In this document: one piece after another, positions 17,532 through 25,638 of the stretch | How the letters are laid out: the number at the start of each line of letters is the position of its first letter | How positions within the stretch are numbered: position 1 is the stretch's first letter | Assembly: GCA_964611355.1 (NCBI GenBank) | Contig: CAZSYD010000015.1 | Coordinates: forward strand, 1-46,199 | Length of the DNA stretch: 46,199 nucleotides | Source of the DNA: an uncultured Ignavibacteriales bacterium | GTDB lineage: Bacteria > Zixibacteria > MSB-5A5 > GN15 > JAAZOE01 | Direction: 5' to 3' | Made by a program: the position numbers and the translations under genes | Notes under the pieces: generated by a model | The model's database searches: none | The model's input: only the letters and a program-made list of their open reading frames with translations | Told to the model about the DNA's origin: nothing

Positions 17532-18098
17532 ATGAGGAAACTTTATACCTGTCTGCTACTTTTGGCCGCATTTCTTATCTGCGGAATTGTCCAGGCCGAC
17601 CCGACCGTTTCCAAAAAAGAATCAGCTGGAGAGAAGCCTGATACCTCGCAAAAGGCCGGGGAAAATCCGGGAGAAATCGCCTGGCGCCGGTATGATAAAG
17701 GTTTGAAACTGGCCAAAAAAGAGGGTAAAAAGCTTTTTGTCGAATTCATGTCTAAATCGTGTTTCTATTGCAAAAAAATGCGCACCACCAGCTTTAAGGA
17801 TCCCGATATCATCGCTATGCTGGACAAGTATTACATAAGCGCCAGTATTAACGGCGAATCGCGAGATACTATCAGTATCGACGGCTGGATAACCAGCGGG
17901 CGAAAGCTGGTCAGAGAATATAGAATTACCGGTTATCCGACATTATGGTTTTTAACTCCCGAAGGCGAAAAGCTGACTCCGGTGCTCGGTTATCGGAACA
18001 AGGACGAATTGTATAATATTCTCGACTATCTCAAGGATGACCTCTACAAAACGGTCCGTTACAAGGATTTTCTTAAGCAAAAAAAGAAAGGGAAATAA
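17532..18098 (+). CDS. Exported thioredoxin-fold protein (SoxW/Thioredoxin_2-like)
   Basis: Signal peptide, CFYC motif, cis-Pro loop GYPTLWFL. Confidence 0.88.
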   Translation: MRKLYTCLLLLAAFLICGIVQADPTVSKKESAGEKPDTSQKAGENPGEIAWRRYDKGLKLAKKEGKKLFVEFMSKSCFYCKKMRTTSFKDPDIIAMLDKYYISASINGESRDTISIDGWITSGRKLVREYRITGYPTLWFLTPEGEKLTPVLGYRNKDELYNILDYLKDDLYKTVRYKDFLKQKKKGK

Positions 18099-18165
18099 GC
18101 CGGGCTTCAAGCGGTTATTGATTTCGTCAATGCTTTCCGGGAATTTGTAATACGGGAGTAGTAAA

Positions 18166-18708
18166 ATGAAAAAATTCCGGTCGTCAATAAACGGTATTAT
18201 ACTCGTAACGGCAGTTATTCTGCTTCTTTCCAACTGCGGCGGGGATAGTTCATCCGAGACTGAATCGGCCAGCCAAACGGGAAAAGTTGCAACCGCCCGG
18301 ACGAGAGATAAATTTATCCTTTATGATATCCGCGGCAATCAGCGGAAGTGGTCGGAATTTATCGGCCGGCCGTTTATTATAAACTTCTGGGCAACCTGGT
18401 GCGGCCCCTGTCGCAGCGAGATGCCGCTGCTGAAAAAGATTTACGAAGAGTACCATCCGCAGGGACTCGAAATTATAGGTATTTCCATCGATCATCAGCG
18501 GAACAGGGTTGCCCCGTTTGTGGAGCAATTTAAGATACCGTACGTGATTCTTTATACTGATAATAACGCGCCCAGGAAGCTCAAGCTGGGGCAGGGAATA
18601 CCGATGACTATTTTCTTTGACGCCGAGGGGAACGAGACAGGCCGCATCGTCGGCGCCCAGCCGCCGCAGGTTTTCTATAAAGAGGTAGAGAAATTATTCG
18701 GTTCCTGA
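18166..18708 (+). CDS. TlpA/ResA family thiol-disulfide reductase, probable lipoprotein
   Basis: INFWATWCGPCRSEMP, GIPMT, and lipobox-like LSNC. Confidence 0.92.
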   Translation: MKKFRSSINGIILVTAVILLLSNCGGDSSSETESASQTGKVATARTRDKFILYDIRGNQRKWSEFIGRPFIINFWATWCGPCRSEMPLLKKIYEEYHPQGLEIIGISIDHQRNRVAPFVEQFKIPYVILYTDNNAPRKLKLGQGIPMTIFFDAEGNETGRIVGAQPPQVFYKEVEKLFGS

Positions 18709-19839
18709 ACAGGAATTATTAGCTTTATTGCGAATATTGAACCGGCTTGCGGACCGGTTTTCAATTCGGGTTTCCTTTTCATCCCTGGATAATAACGCTT
18801 TTGTTGCAAGAGGGTCGGGGTCGGCGATTGACCTGAGATATCCTGCCGGTGCGGCGGCGGCATCATCGGCCGGGAGGTTGTTGTTACTGCAAAGGAAGCT
18901 ATAGATTACACAAGGTTTTCTGACCGATTCGCGAGCCCATTCAAAACCGCCGATTGCCAGCAAAGCGCATAAAAGCAGGATAGCGGCCGAGATATATCCG
19001 GAACGGCGCGGGAAGATTATCGTCCCCAGCAGGGTCAGAAGAAAAAGAATGGCCGAGGAAAAGAGCATCACCTGCAGGGCGGTCGCAGGCGTCGAGCCGG
19101 GGATAAAGCCGGCGGCGACATCTTCGGGCAGAGAATTGAAATACCACAATCCGGCCGGAATCGCCAGAATAAGCGACGCCAGTATCAGGATTCCGTTTAT
19201 TCGCATAATCCGAATCTTGAGATCGAGTTTCTTTTCTTTGGCGATAATTAAATTGGCAAAGAGACCGGCAAGGATAAGACAGATAAATATTCTGAATATC
19301 AGCGACGGCCAGTAAACCGGCTTGAAAAAGCCTTCCCAAAAACCGCCGCTTTCAATCCATCCGCCCGCTGTGAGTGTGAAAGTCAGAATGCCGTTGATAA
19401 TTGCCAGTAACAACAAGGCGGCGGCAAATAAAATCCAGCCGACGGCCAGATGCGTTTTGGGCGACATCCGTCTCCAGCCATAACAATAAATAATGGCGGC
19501 GACAATAGCGACGAAGAAGAAAAGCCACAGAGCAATCCAACCCCAGATGAAGCCATTAATCAACAACTTGACGCCAGTCGGGTGGATCAAATAAGCGGTC
19601 ATCCAGGTACCGATGGCGGTTACGGCGCCAGAGACCAGCGTAACCAGGATAAAAAACCGGCAATGCTTTTCAATACAGGCCAGGTGGTCCTGGTCGTTTT
19701 TACGGCGAGCCCGGATTTCGGATAGGACAAGATAAAGCCCGCCGCCGATGGCAAAGTGTGACACGAAGACGTGCAATATGGCCATGATAGCGATCAGGTT
19801 GCTGTTGCCCATAAACGGCTCCAAAACAGGATAGATCAT
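18694..19839 (-). CDS. Cytochrome bd subunit I (CydA)-superfamily membrane protein, divergent and short
   Basis: N-terminal HVFVSHFAIGGG, INGILTF, FWEGFFKP.YWPS and C-terminal FEWARESVRKP resemble CydA-like proteins; about 9 TM helices. SD AAGGGG. The 3' end overlaps the TlpA gene by 15 bp. Confidence 0.75.
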   Translation of the reverse strand: MIYPVLEPFMGNSNLIAIMAILHVFVSHFAIGGGLYLVLSEIRARRKNDQDHLACIEKHCRFFILVTLVSGAVTAIGTWMTAYLIHPTGVKLLINGFIWGWIALWLFFFVAIVAAIIYCYGWRRMSPKTHLAVGWILFAAALLLLAIINGILTFTLTAGGWIESGGFWEGFFKPVYWPSLIFRIFICLILAGLFANLIIAKEKKLDLKIRIMRINGILILASLILAIPAGLWYFNSLPEDVAAGFIPGSTPATALQVMLFSSAILFLLTLLGTIIFPRRSGYISAAILLLCALLAIGGFEWARESVRKPCVIYSFLCSNNNLPADDAAAAPAGYLRSIADPDPLATKALLSRDEKETRIENRSASRFNIRNKANNSCSGTE

Positions 19840-19865
19840 GTTCCCCTTCGTGAATTCAAGGGCTT

Positions 19866-20285
19866 TTACTTAAACACTTTTCTAAAGTAAACGATTTCCG
19901 ACCATGCCTCGTAACCGCAATGGCGAAAGGCCGCCATCGATGGAAAATTATTTTCCTCAACCAGAGCCGCGATAACCTTGACACCCATCTCCGACAGCGC
20001 CTCTTCCGCCTTTTCCACGAGCCGGGCGGCCAGACGCCGCCCGCGATAATCCGGGTCAACGGCCAGCCGGTTGATCCATCCTTTACGGCCATCGGAACTG
20101 GCGACAATCGACCCGATTATCCGGCCTTTATCCTTGAGAGTCAAAATCGCCACATGGTCGTCGAATATCTGTCTTTCGATCGATTCACGGCTATCCCGAT
20201 CAGCCCGGTCATAAGAAAGGCCGGTTCGTTCCCAGAGGGACAGCATCTGATCGTACTCATTGATTCTGAAAGATTCAATCTCCAT
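19866..20285 (-). CDS. GNAT family N-acetyltransferase (YpeA-like)
   Basis: DGRKGWINRLAVDPDYRGRRLA acetyl-CoA binding motif and N...AFRHCGY. Confidence 0.9.
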   Translation of the reverse strand: MEIESFRINEYDQMLSLWERTGLSYDRADRDSRESIERQIFDDHVAILTLKDKGRIIGSIVASSDGRKGWINRLAVDPDYRGRRLAARLVEKAEEALSEMGVKVIAALVEENNFPSMAAFRHCGYEAWSEIVYFRKVFK

Positions 20286-20370
20286 TGGCCGCCTTTACCG
20301 TCATTGATTCTCTGCAAAGATATTATAAGGCGGATGTGGCAATCAAGTATCAACTTTCTAAAAATCGGCG

Positions 20371-20397
20371 TAAACAAGACCGCAAAAGTTCCGATGA
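20371..20397 (+). promoter_or_regulatory. Putative sigma28 (FliA/SigD)-type promoter upstream of the Roco gene
   Basis: TAAA-N15-TCCGATGA with exact consensus spacing. Confidence 0.45.
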
Positions 20398-20532
20398 GTT
20401 GTAAGGGGGGCAAGCTGGATTGGGGTTGAATACTATGAATCGGGTATCTAATACGAAGAAATCATCATTGTCGGTGGGGATTACAGGGTCGCGAACAGGT
20501 CGTGTTTTTTATGGCGGGGGCAGGGACACGGA

Positions 20533-23500
20533 TTGACTGAACAGGAACTATACAGGATTATCCAGCGGGCAAAGGAGTTCGAGTGGAAGACTCTTGATCT
20601 GTCCGGTGAAGGATTGGAATCTCTGCCTGATGAGATCGGCGGCCTAACTACGCTCACCCAGCTTATTCTGGATAACAATAATCTCGAATCAATTCCTGAC
20701 AGTATCGGAAACCTGGTAAACCTAAACCATCTCAACCTGAATAATAATCACCTGGATTGCCTGCCCGATTCAATAGGCAACCTGATATATCTGACACACC
20801 TCTCGGCGGAGAAAAACTATCTGGCCTTGCTGCCGTATTCTATCGGGAATCTGGGGAATCTGTCCCGGCTCAGCCTGAACGAAAATCATCTTGAGTCTCT
20901 TCCGGACAGCATCGGCAAATTAACCGGCCTGATTCAGCTTGGTTTAGATAACAACCGGCTCGTTTCTCTTCCGGAAAGTATAGGCTTTTTAACCAGCTTG
21001 AGCCATCTTGGTCTGCGCAGTAATCAGCTTACCTCCCTGCCCGATAGTATAGGAAGGATGGTAAGCCTGACCACCCTGTCAGCCGATAGCAATCGGCTGA
21101 CCGCTCTGCCCGACAACATTGAGAAGCGAACGGGCTTGACCGGACTGTACCTGTCCGGAAATCAACTGAAGTCTCTTCCGGAAAACATCGGCAGGCTGGT
21201 CAACCTGGTTACTCTTGATCTGAGTAATAATAAGCTTGCCTCCCTGCCGGAATCGATCGGAAAGCTAAAAAAACTCAGGGGATTCCGGTTGAACAACAAC
21301 CCGTTGGACGGCCTGTCGCCGGATGTTGTTGCCGAAGGCGGCGAGGCCGTTTTGGAATATTATCGCGAGTTGAAGCTGGGCCGGGCAAACAGATATGAGG
21401 GACAACTGATAATAGTCGGGGACGAGGGCGTTGGAAAAACCTGCCTTACCGGAGCGCTCTGCGGGGAACCGTTCAGGGAGCAGCAACCGACCTGCGGTGT
21501 AGAGATCAAAACACGTTCCGAAAAACATCCGGAAAATCCCGAAGAGGTGCTGTCAATCAATATCTGGGATTTCAGCGGCCGCGAAAGCAGCCGTCCGTTT
21601 CTTCAGCGATTCTTTACGCGGCGGGCGCTTTACCTTCTTGTCTTTAACGCTCGCCTGGAAACCGACCCCGATCACCTGTTTTCATGGCTTGATATGATAA
21701 GGTCACGGGCACCCAAAGCCCGGGTTCTGCTTGTCGCCACACAATGCCGGGATCACTGCCCAAAACTTGATTTTGAGCGGCTCACGGAACACTATAAGGA
21801 TATCATCATCGGGGATGATTTTTACCGCGTCGATGCGGATACTAATACGGGTATCGATCAGTTGAACAGGGATATCGGCAAATATATCTGGAACCTGGAG
21901 ATAATGGGACGTAAATGGCCGAAATCTTTCGCTGACGTCGTAAAAGAGATTGAACGCCGCACGGCGAAGGGCGAGACCTGCATAGAACGAAATAAGCTTT
22001 ACCAGATAATAGGCAACGCGGGTCTGGATGGTTTACGCAACCGGGAAATGCTGACCAGCGTCCTGGCCGGCATTGGCAAAATTATTCATTTTCCAAACAG
22101 TTTCGATCTTGGCGATCTGATTATTATAAACCTGCAGTGGTTGATTCGCGCGCTCAGCCTTGTTTTTGACCGGGAAGAGTTGCCCGCGGAAAACGGCCGC
22201 CTGAATCATCAAGGCCTGACGGAGATCTGGTCAAAAGATTATCCCGACCAACACGATCTTCTTATGCGCTGTCTTGCGGAACTGGAATTGTGTTTTCCGC
22301 TCATGGATTATCCCGGCTTAAGCTTGGTGCCGTTGCATTTACCGGCCGCCAGACCGGAGAAAATAGAATGGACCGAGCAACCCGGCTCAATAACTCGCCG
22401 TTTGACTTATCGTTTTTCCCGTATTCCTCCGGATATCATGCCCCGGTTCACAGCCAGGACCCGCCGGATGGCTACCGGTATATTCTGGAAAAACGGCGTT
22501 TTCCTGAGAAAGGGTCAGGCCGAGGGGCTCTGCGAACTGTGCCCCGAAAGACATGAAATAGTAATCGAGGTGCGTTCGGTTTACCCGTTGAATCTTCTCG
22601 AAAGGCTTGGCGAATATCTTGAGGCCATCCTTGATAAGTATAAGGGGCTTAAGTACCAGAAACTGCTGGGCACCATCGGCGAGGTAACGGTCCTGGCGCC
22701 GGGCTCGCCCGGCAATGCCGGAGAAAAATCGGAAGACGCCATGCCGGGAGGGGTTGATAGAAGTCTGAGCGATTCCGACAAAAACCAGGTTGACGCCCTT
22801 GACCTCGTCTGCGGCTTAAAGGAGTTTACCACTCACTTGGATGTTCTTAAGTCGATCGAAGACAGCGCCAACAAGACTCTGGAGGAGACGCGTCCCGTCA
22901 AAGATTCCGTAATCGCTACCAGTAGAAAGCTGATTGAAATGTACGAACATCAGCAACGGGTTTTTATGGATTGGATGTGGCGTACGGATAAAGAGATTTT
23001 CGAGCAATTTCCAACCCTTATAACAATTATGCCAACCAGCACCCACCGCGTCAAACCGGCTCACTGGGCAGATCGAATATACCAACTCAGCCTTTGTTGC
23101 CAGGCGGAGGACGGCATCCACCCGGTCGGCGAAATATACGAATTCAAAAGATCCCTGGAATGGTGGCAAAGGATATATCCTTATTTGATTCACCTGCAGC
23201 CTATACTCCGGGTAGTCGGCGGCCCTACCGGGCAGATGCTTCCCAGCTACCTGCCGGGGCGGTTATGGCGACGCACAAAAGGCGAATTCGAGGTCATGAA
23301 CGGGTGGCTTGATGAGATCGACTTGCCGACGCTCGATCCCCGCAAAACCGAAACCGCCAGGCAGGATGATATGTTGGAATCGGAGGATATAACCATTAAA
23401 GCGATATCTTCTCTTATCGGTGAGGTTGATAAGCGAAACTCATGGAATGATCGCCTGACCAAAGTCTCTATGCCGGGCGGCAAGATTCTCTGGCTATGCG

Positions 23501-23613
23501 ATATGCATCTTAAGAAATACCTCTCCCACGAAGTCGGGTTTGAGAACAAGGCGCAAAAAAAGCCGGGTAAAACGGAAGTTTTATCCGGCCTTGCAGCTTC
23601 GCCAAAAAACTAA
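20533..23613 (+). CDS. Prokaryotic Roco protein: LRR-Roc GTPase-COR plus C-terminal domain of unknown function
   Basis: TTG start after AGGGA. About 11 LRRs of 23 aa. P-loop GDEGVGKT, G2 PTCGVEI, G3 IWDFSG, FFTRRALYLLVFNAR, WLDMI..RAP, VLLVAT. COR-like IIHFP...LIIINLQWL and FWKNGVFL. Confidence 0.9.
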   Translation: MTEQELYRIIQRAKEFEWKTLDLSGEGLESLPDEIGGLTTLTQLILDNNNLESIPDSIGNLVNLNHLNLNNNHLDCLPDSIGNLIYLTHLSAEKNYLALLPYSIGNLGNLSRLSLNENHLESLPDSIGKLTGLIQLGLDNNRLVSLPESIGFLTSLSHLGLRSNQLTSLPDSIGRMVSLTTLSADSNRLTALPDNIEKRTGLTGLYLSGNQLKSLPENIGRLVNLVTLDLSNNKLASLPESIGKLKKLRGFRLNNNPLDGLSPDVVAEGGEAVLEYYRELKLGRANRYEGQLIIVGDEGVGKTCLTGALCGEPFREQQPTCGVEIKTRSEKHPENPEEVLSINIWDFSGRESSRPFLQRFFTRRALYLLVFNARLETDPDHLFSWLDMIRSRAPKARVLLVATQCRDHCPKLDFERLTEHYKDIIIGDDFYRVDADTNTGIDQLNRDIGKYIWNLEIMGRKWPKSFADVVKEIERRTAKGETCIERNKLYQIIGNAGLDGLRNREMLTSVLAGIGKIIHFPNSFDLGDLIIINLQWLIRALSLVFDREELPAENGRLNHQGLTEIWSKDYPDQHDLLMRCLAELELCFPLMDYPGLSLVPLHLPAARPEKIEWTEQPGSITRRLTYRFSRIPPDIMPRFTARTRRMATGIFWKNGVFLRKGQAEGLCELCPERHEIVIEVRSVYPLNLLERLGEYLEAILDKYKGLKYQKLLGTIGEVTVLAPGSPGNAGEKSEDAMPGGVDRSLSDSDKNQVDALDLVCGLKEFTTHLDVLKSIEDSANKTLEETRPVKDSVIATSRKLIEMYEHQQRVFMDWMWRTDKEIFEQFPTLITIMPTSTHRVKPAHWADRIYQLSLCCQAEDGIHPVGEIYEFKRSLEWWQRIYPYLIHLQPILRVVGGPTGQMLPSYLPGRLWRRTKGEFEVMNGWLDEIDLPTLDPRKTETARQDDMLESEDITIKAISSLIGEVDKRNSWNDRLTKVSMPGGKILWLCDMHLKKYLSHEVGFENKAQKKPGKTEVLSGLAASPKN
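20593..21306 (+). repeat. Tandem leucine-rich repeats (69-nt / 23-aa period)
   Basis: Consensus LxxLxLxxNxLxSLPxSIGxLxx repeated about 10 times plus a capping NNNPL repeat. Confidence 0.92.
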
Positions 23614-24146
23614 AAAGCCTTTTTGTCACGCTCGTCTTTGCGTGCTTCCGCCTTGATTGTTTTAACTCTAATACGTTCGATTCCGGCCCTGGCCTCGGAA
23701 AGACCTGGATTCATTTTCAGAGCGCAGGCATATTTTTCGCCGGCCTTGTGAAGATACCCTTCCTTTTCCCAGCTTACACCCAGAACATAGCTTAAACAGG
23801 CGAGAGTCACGTTGTCCGATGGACAGAATTTCAGACTGTTGTTAAATGATCCGATAGACCGGTCATAACGTCGTGTCTTCTGCTGGCAAAGTCCCAGGAA
23901 GTAGTGAGCCTCCCAATTCTTAAAATCATTGGATATTGCCCGGACCAGGTGCTTGATCGCCTGGTTATGCTTCCCCTTAAAATACAAGGCCTTGCCCTGT
24001 TCAAGATGATTATTCGCCGCGACCGCCTGGCTCTGGACAAAAGCCAGAGACGCTTCATCCGCCGGATTCGTCTTGATAGTCGTGGTTTTACTTCCGCATC
24101 CGGCGACTAAAGAACCAATTATAAGCAAATATATAAATCTGCGCAT
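23610..24146 (-). CDS. TPR-repeat lipoprotein
   Basis: Lipoprotein signal MRRFIYLLIIGSLVAG-C; three TPR-like units (HLEQGKALY..., EAHYFLGLC..., LSYVLGVSW...). Stop overlaps the Roco stop by 4 bp. Confidence 0.85.
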   Translation of the reverse strand: MRRFIYLLIIGSLVAGCGSKTTTIKTNPADEASLAFVQSQAVAANNHLEQGKALYFKGKHNQAIKHLVRAISNDFKNWEAHYFLGLCQQKTRRYDRSIGSFNNSLKFCPSDNVTLACLSYVLGVSWEKEGYLHKAGEKYACALKMNPGLSEARAGIERIRVKTIKAEARKDERDKKAF

Positions 24147-24192
24147 AGGACGGTTTTCCCCTATTTTTGCAATTAACTCCCCACTGGTCAGT

Positions 24193-24219
24193 TTATCGGC
24201 TCGTGTCGGATGATTATAA
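24193..24219 (-). promoter_or_regulatory. Possible sigma28-type promoter for the TPR lipoprotein
   Basis: Perfect -10 GCCGATAA on the minus strand (24200-24193); the -35 is only weak (TTAT at N15). Confidence 0.35.
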
Positions 24220-24360
24220 GGCAACCGGGGTTAATCCGGGGTAGAATCGGTTTGACCTGATTAATTTTTGAGCAGGAAATCTTTGAATTTGGCGATCCTG
24301 CTAAGGAAAGACGTCAGACTTTTAGGAATAATAACTTACTATCCCGCCCTTGAGAGGTAA

Positions 24361-25638
24361 TTACGGGCTTTGGGATAAATTACGTTTTTTAGCCAATCTC
24401 AGGAAAAACTCGGATAACATACGTCCAAATACCCTTAATGTAGCAGGGAAGTCCTTCAGATCAATATCATCGAGGTATAGATTCCTGAAATTGAAGTAAT
24501 CCAGCAGATTAGCCGCAATCCGGCGGCCTTTGAAAATGTTGAGAACCAATGACAGGGTATCCGAAAACAGTATTCTGGCCCGGATATTCTTGCGGTTAAC
24601 CACTCGCGGTATTTCCATGCTCGTTGCCGCCCGGCAGAGAAGGACCGGGAAATTGACGCCGTTGGCGATCGCCAGCGGAACCGATCCCCAGAAGCGCGGA
24701 TTGGCTTCGAGGAACTTGTACTTATATTGACCGTTTTCCGCTTCGACTTCCTTGAATTCAAACATTACCACCCCGCGCCAGTCGAGTTTTTCGAGCAGAT
24801 CGGCAATAGTGTAAGCCAGCGGATGATCGTCAATATCCCACGGCTCCCGGCTGGTGGAAGCCCCGCCTGAAATCGGGTATTCGCGCACCCGTTTATGTCC
24901 GAAATGATGCATTATATTCGGGTTGTTCCAGCGGATCGATGATATCCCCACTCCTCGGCCGGTGATATTTTCCTGAATTATAATATCGACGCCACCCAGA
25001 TTGTTGCAGGCGAGGCGCAATTCATTCTCATTCCGCGCACGATAAACCCCGACAGCGGAAGTAGCCCGACGCGTTTTAACCATCAGGGGATAGACCATTC
25101 CCGGATTGGCATTGAGGAAATGATCTACGGTGGGGTAATCTTCCATCGGTTGAAAGCAAGGCGACGACTGGAAGTCGGCCTGTTCCATGACGTCAGTGAC
25201 GGGAGGGGTCTGGTTGCCGACCGACCAGCTTCGCGGCAGATATTCAATGTCAACGTTGGCGGTCAGAAGTTCATAAAAGTACTTTTTGTCGTGCAGTAAA
25301 AGGAGCTTGTAGTAACTCTCGAATGGGAACAGGGCGTGCTTTAATATCTCGTCTCGATGTCGCGCCAGAGCCATCATTTCGGCGGCGTTTACCGGAAGGA
25401 GTATATCAAATTTCCCCCGCGAAATATGAGCAATGACCGATTCAATGAATTTCCGTTCGCCGGTCTTGGGATCGGGATAAATCAGGTTTTTTGACCTGTC
25501 CCTGATACGGTTTGAAAAAAGCCCTGGAGCGTTCGGACGGTAATCGCCGCCGTTGACCTCAAAGCCGTCGTCAGCCAGCGACTTGAGAATATTCCAGCCT
25601 TTAATAAAACAGTTAAGAACGAGAATTCGGGCTTTCAT
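24361..25638 (-). CDS. ATP-grasp domain protein (carboxylate-amine ligase-like)
   Basis: LHDK, YPLMVK, IIQENITG, HKRVREYPISGGAST, WRGVVMFEFK, FLEANPRFWGS, GVNFP. Confidence 0.88.
   Translation of the reverse strand: MKARILVLNCFIKGWNILKSLADDGFEVNGGDYRPNAPGLFSNRIRDRSKNLIYPDPKTGERKFIESVIAHISRGKFDILLPVNAAEMMALARHRDEILKHALFPFESYYKLLLLHDKKYFYELLTANVDIEYLPRSWSVGNQTPPVTDVMEQADFQSSPCFQPMEDYPTVDHFLNANPGMVYPLMVKTRRATSAVGVYRARNENELRLACNNLGGVDIIIQENITGRGVGISSIRWNNPNIMHHFGHKRVREYPISGGASTSREPWDIDDHPLAYTIADLLEKLDWRGVVMFEFKEVEAENGQYKYKFLEANPRFWGSVPLAIANGVNFPVLLCRAATSMEIPRVVNRKNIRARILFSDTLSLVLNIFKGRRIAANLLDYFNFRNLYLDDIDLKDFPATLRVFGRMLSEFFLRLAKKRNLSQSP

Noticed and set aside
17532..18708. Possible selenocysteine recoding in the thioredoxin-fold genes
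   Set aside because: Both have ordinary CxxC motifs (CFYC, CGPC) with no in-frame TGA.
20593..21306. Periodic DNA repeats that could suggest a CRISPR array or DGR template
   Set aside because: These are degenerate in-frame 69-nt coding repeats (LRRs), with no identical repeat-spacer structure and no cas or reverse transcriptase gene.
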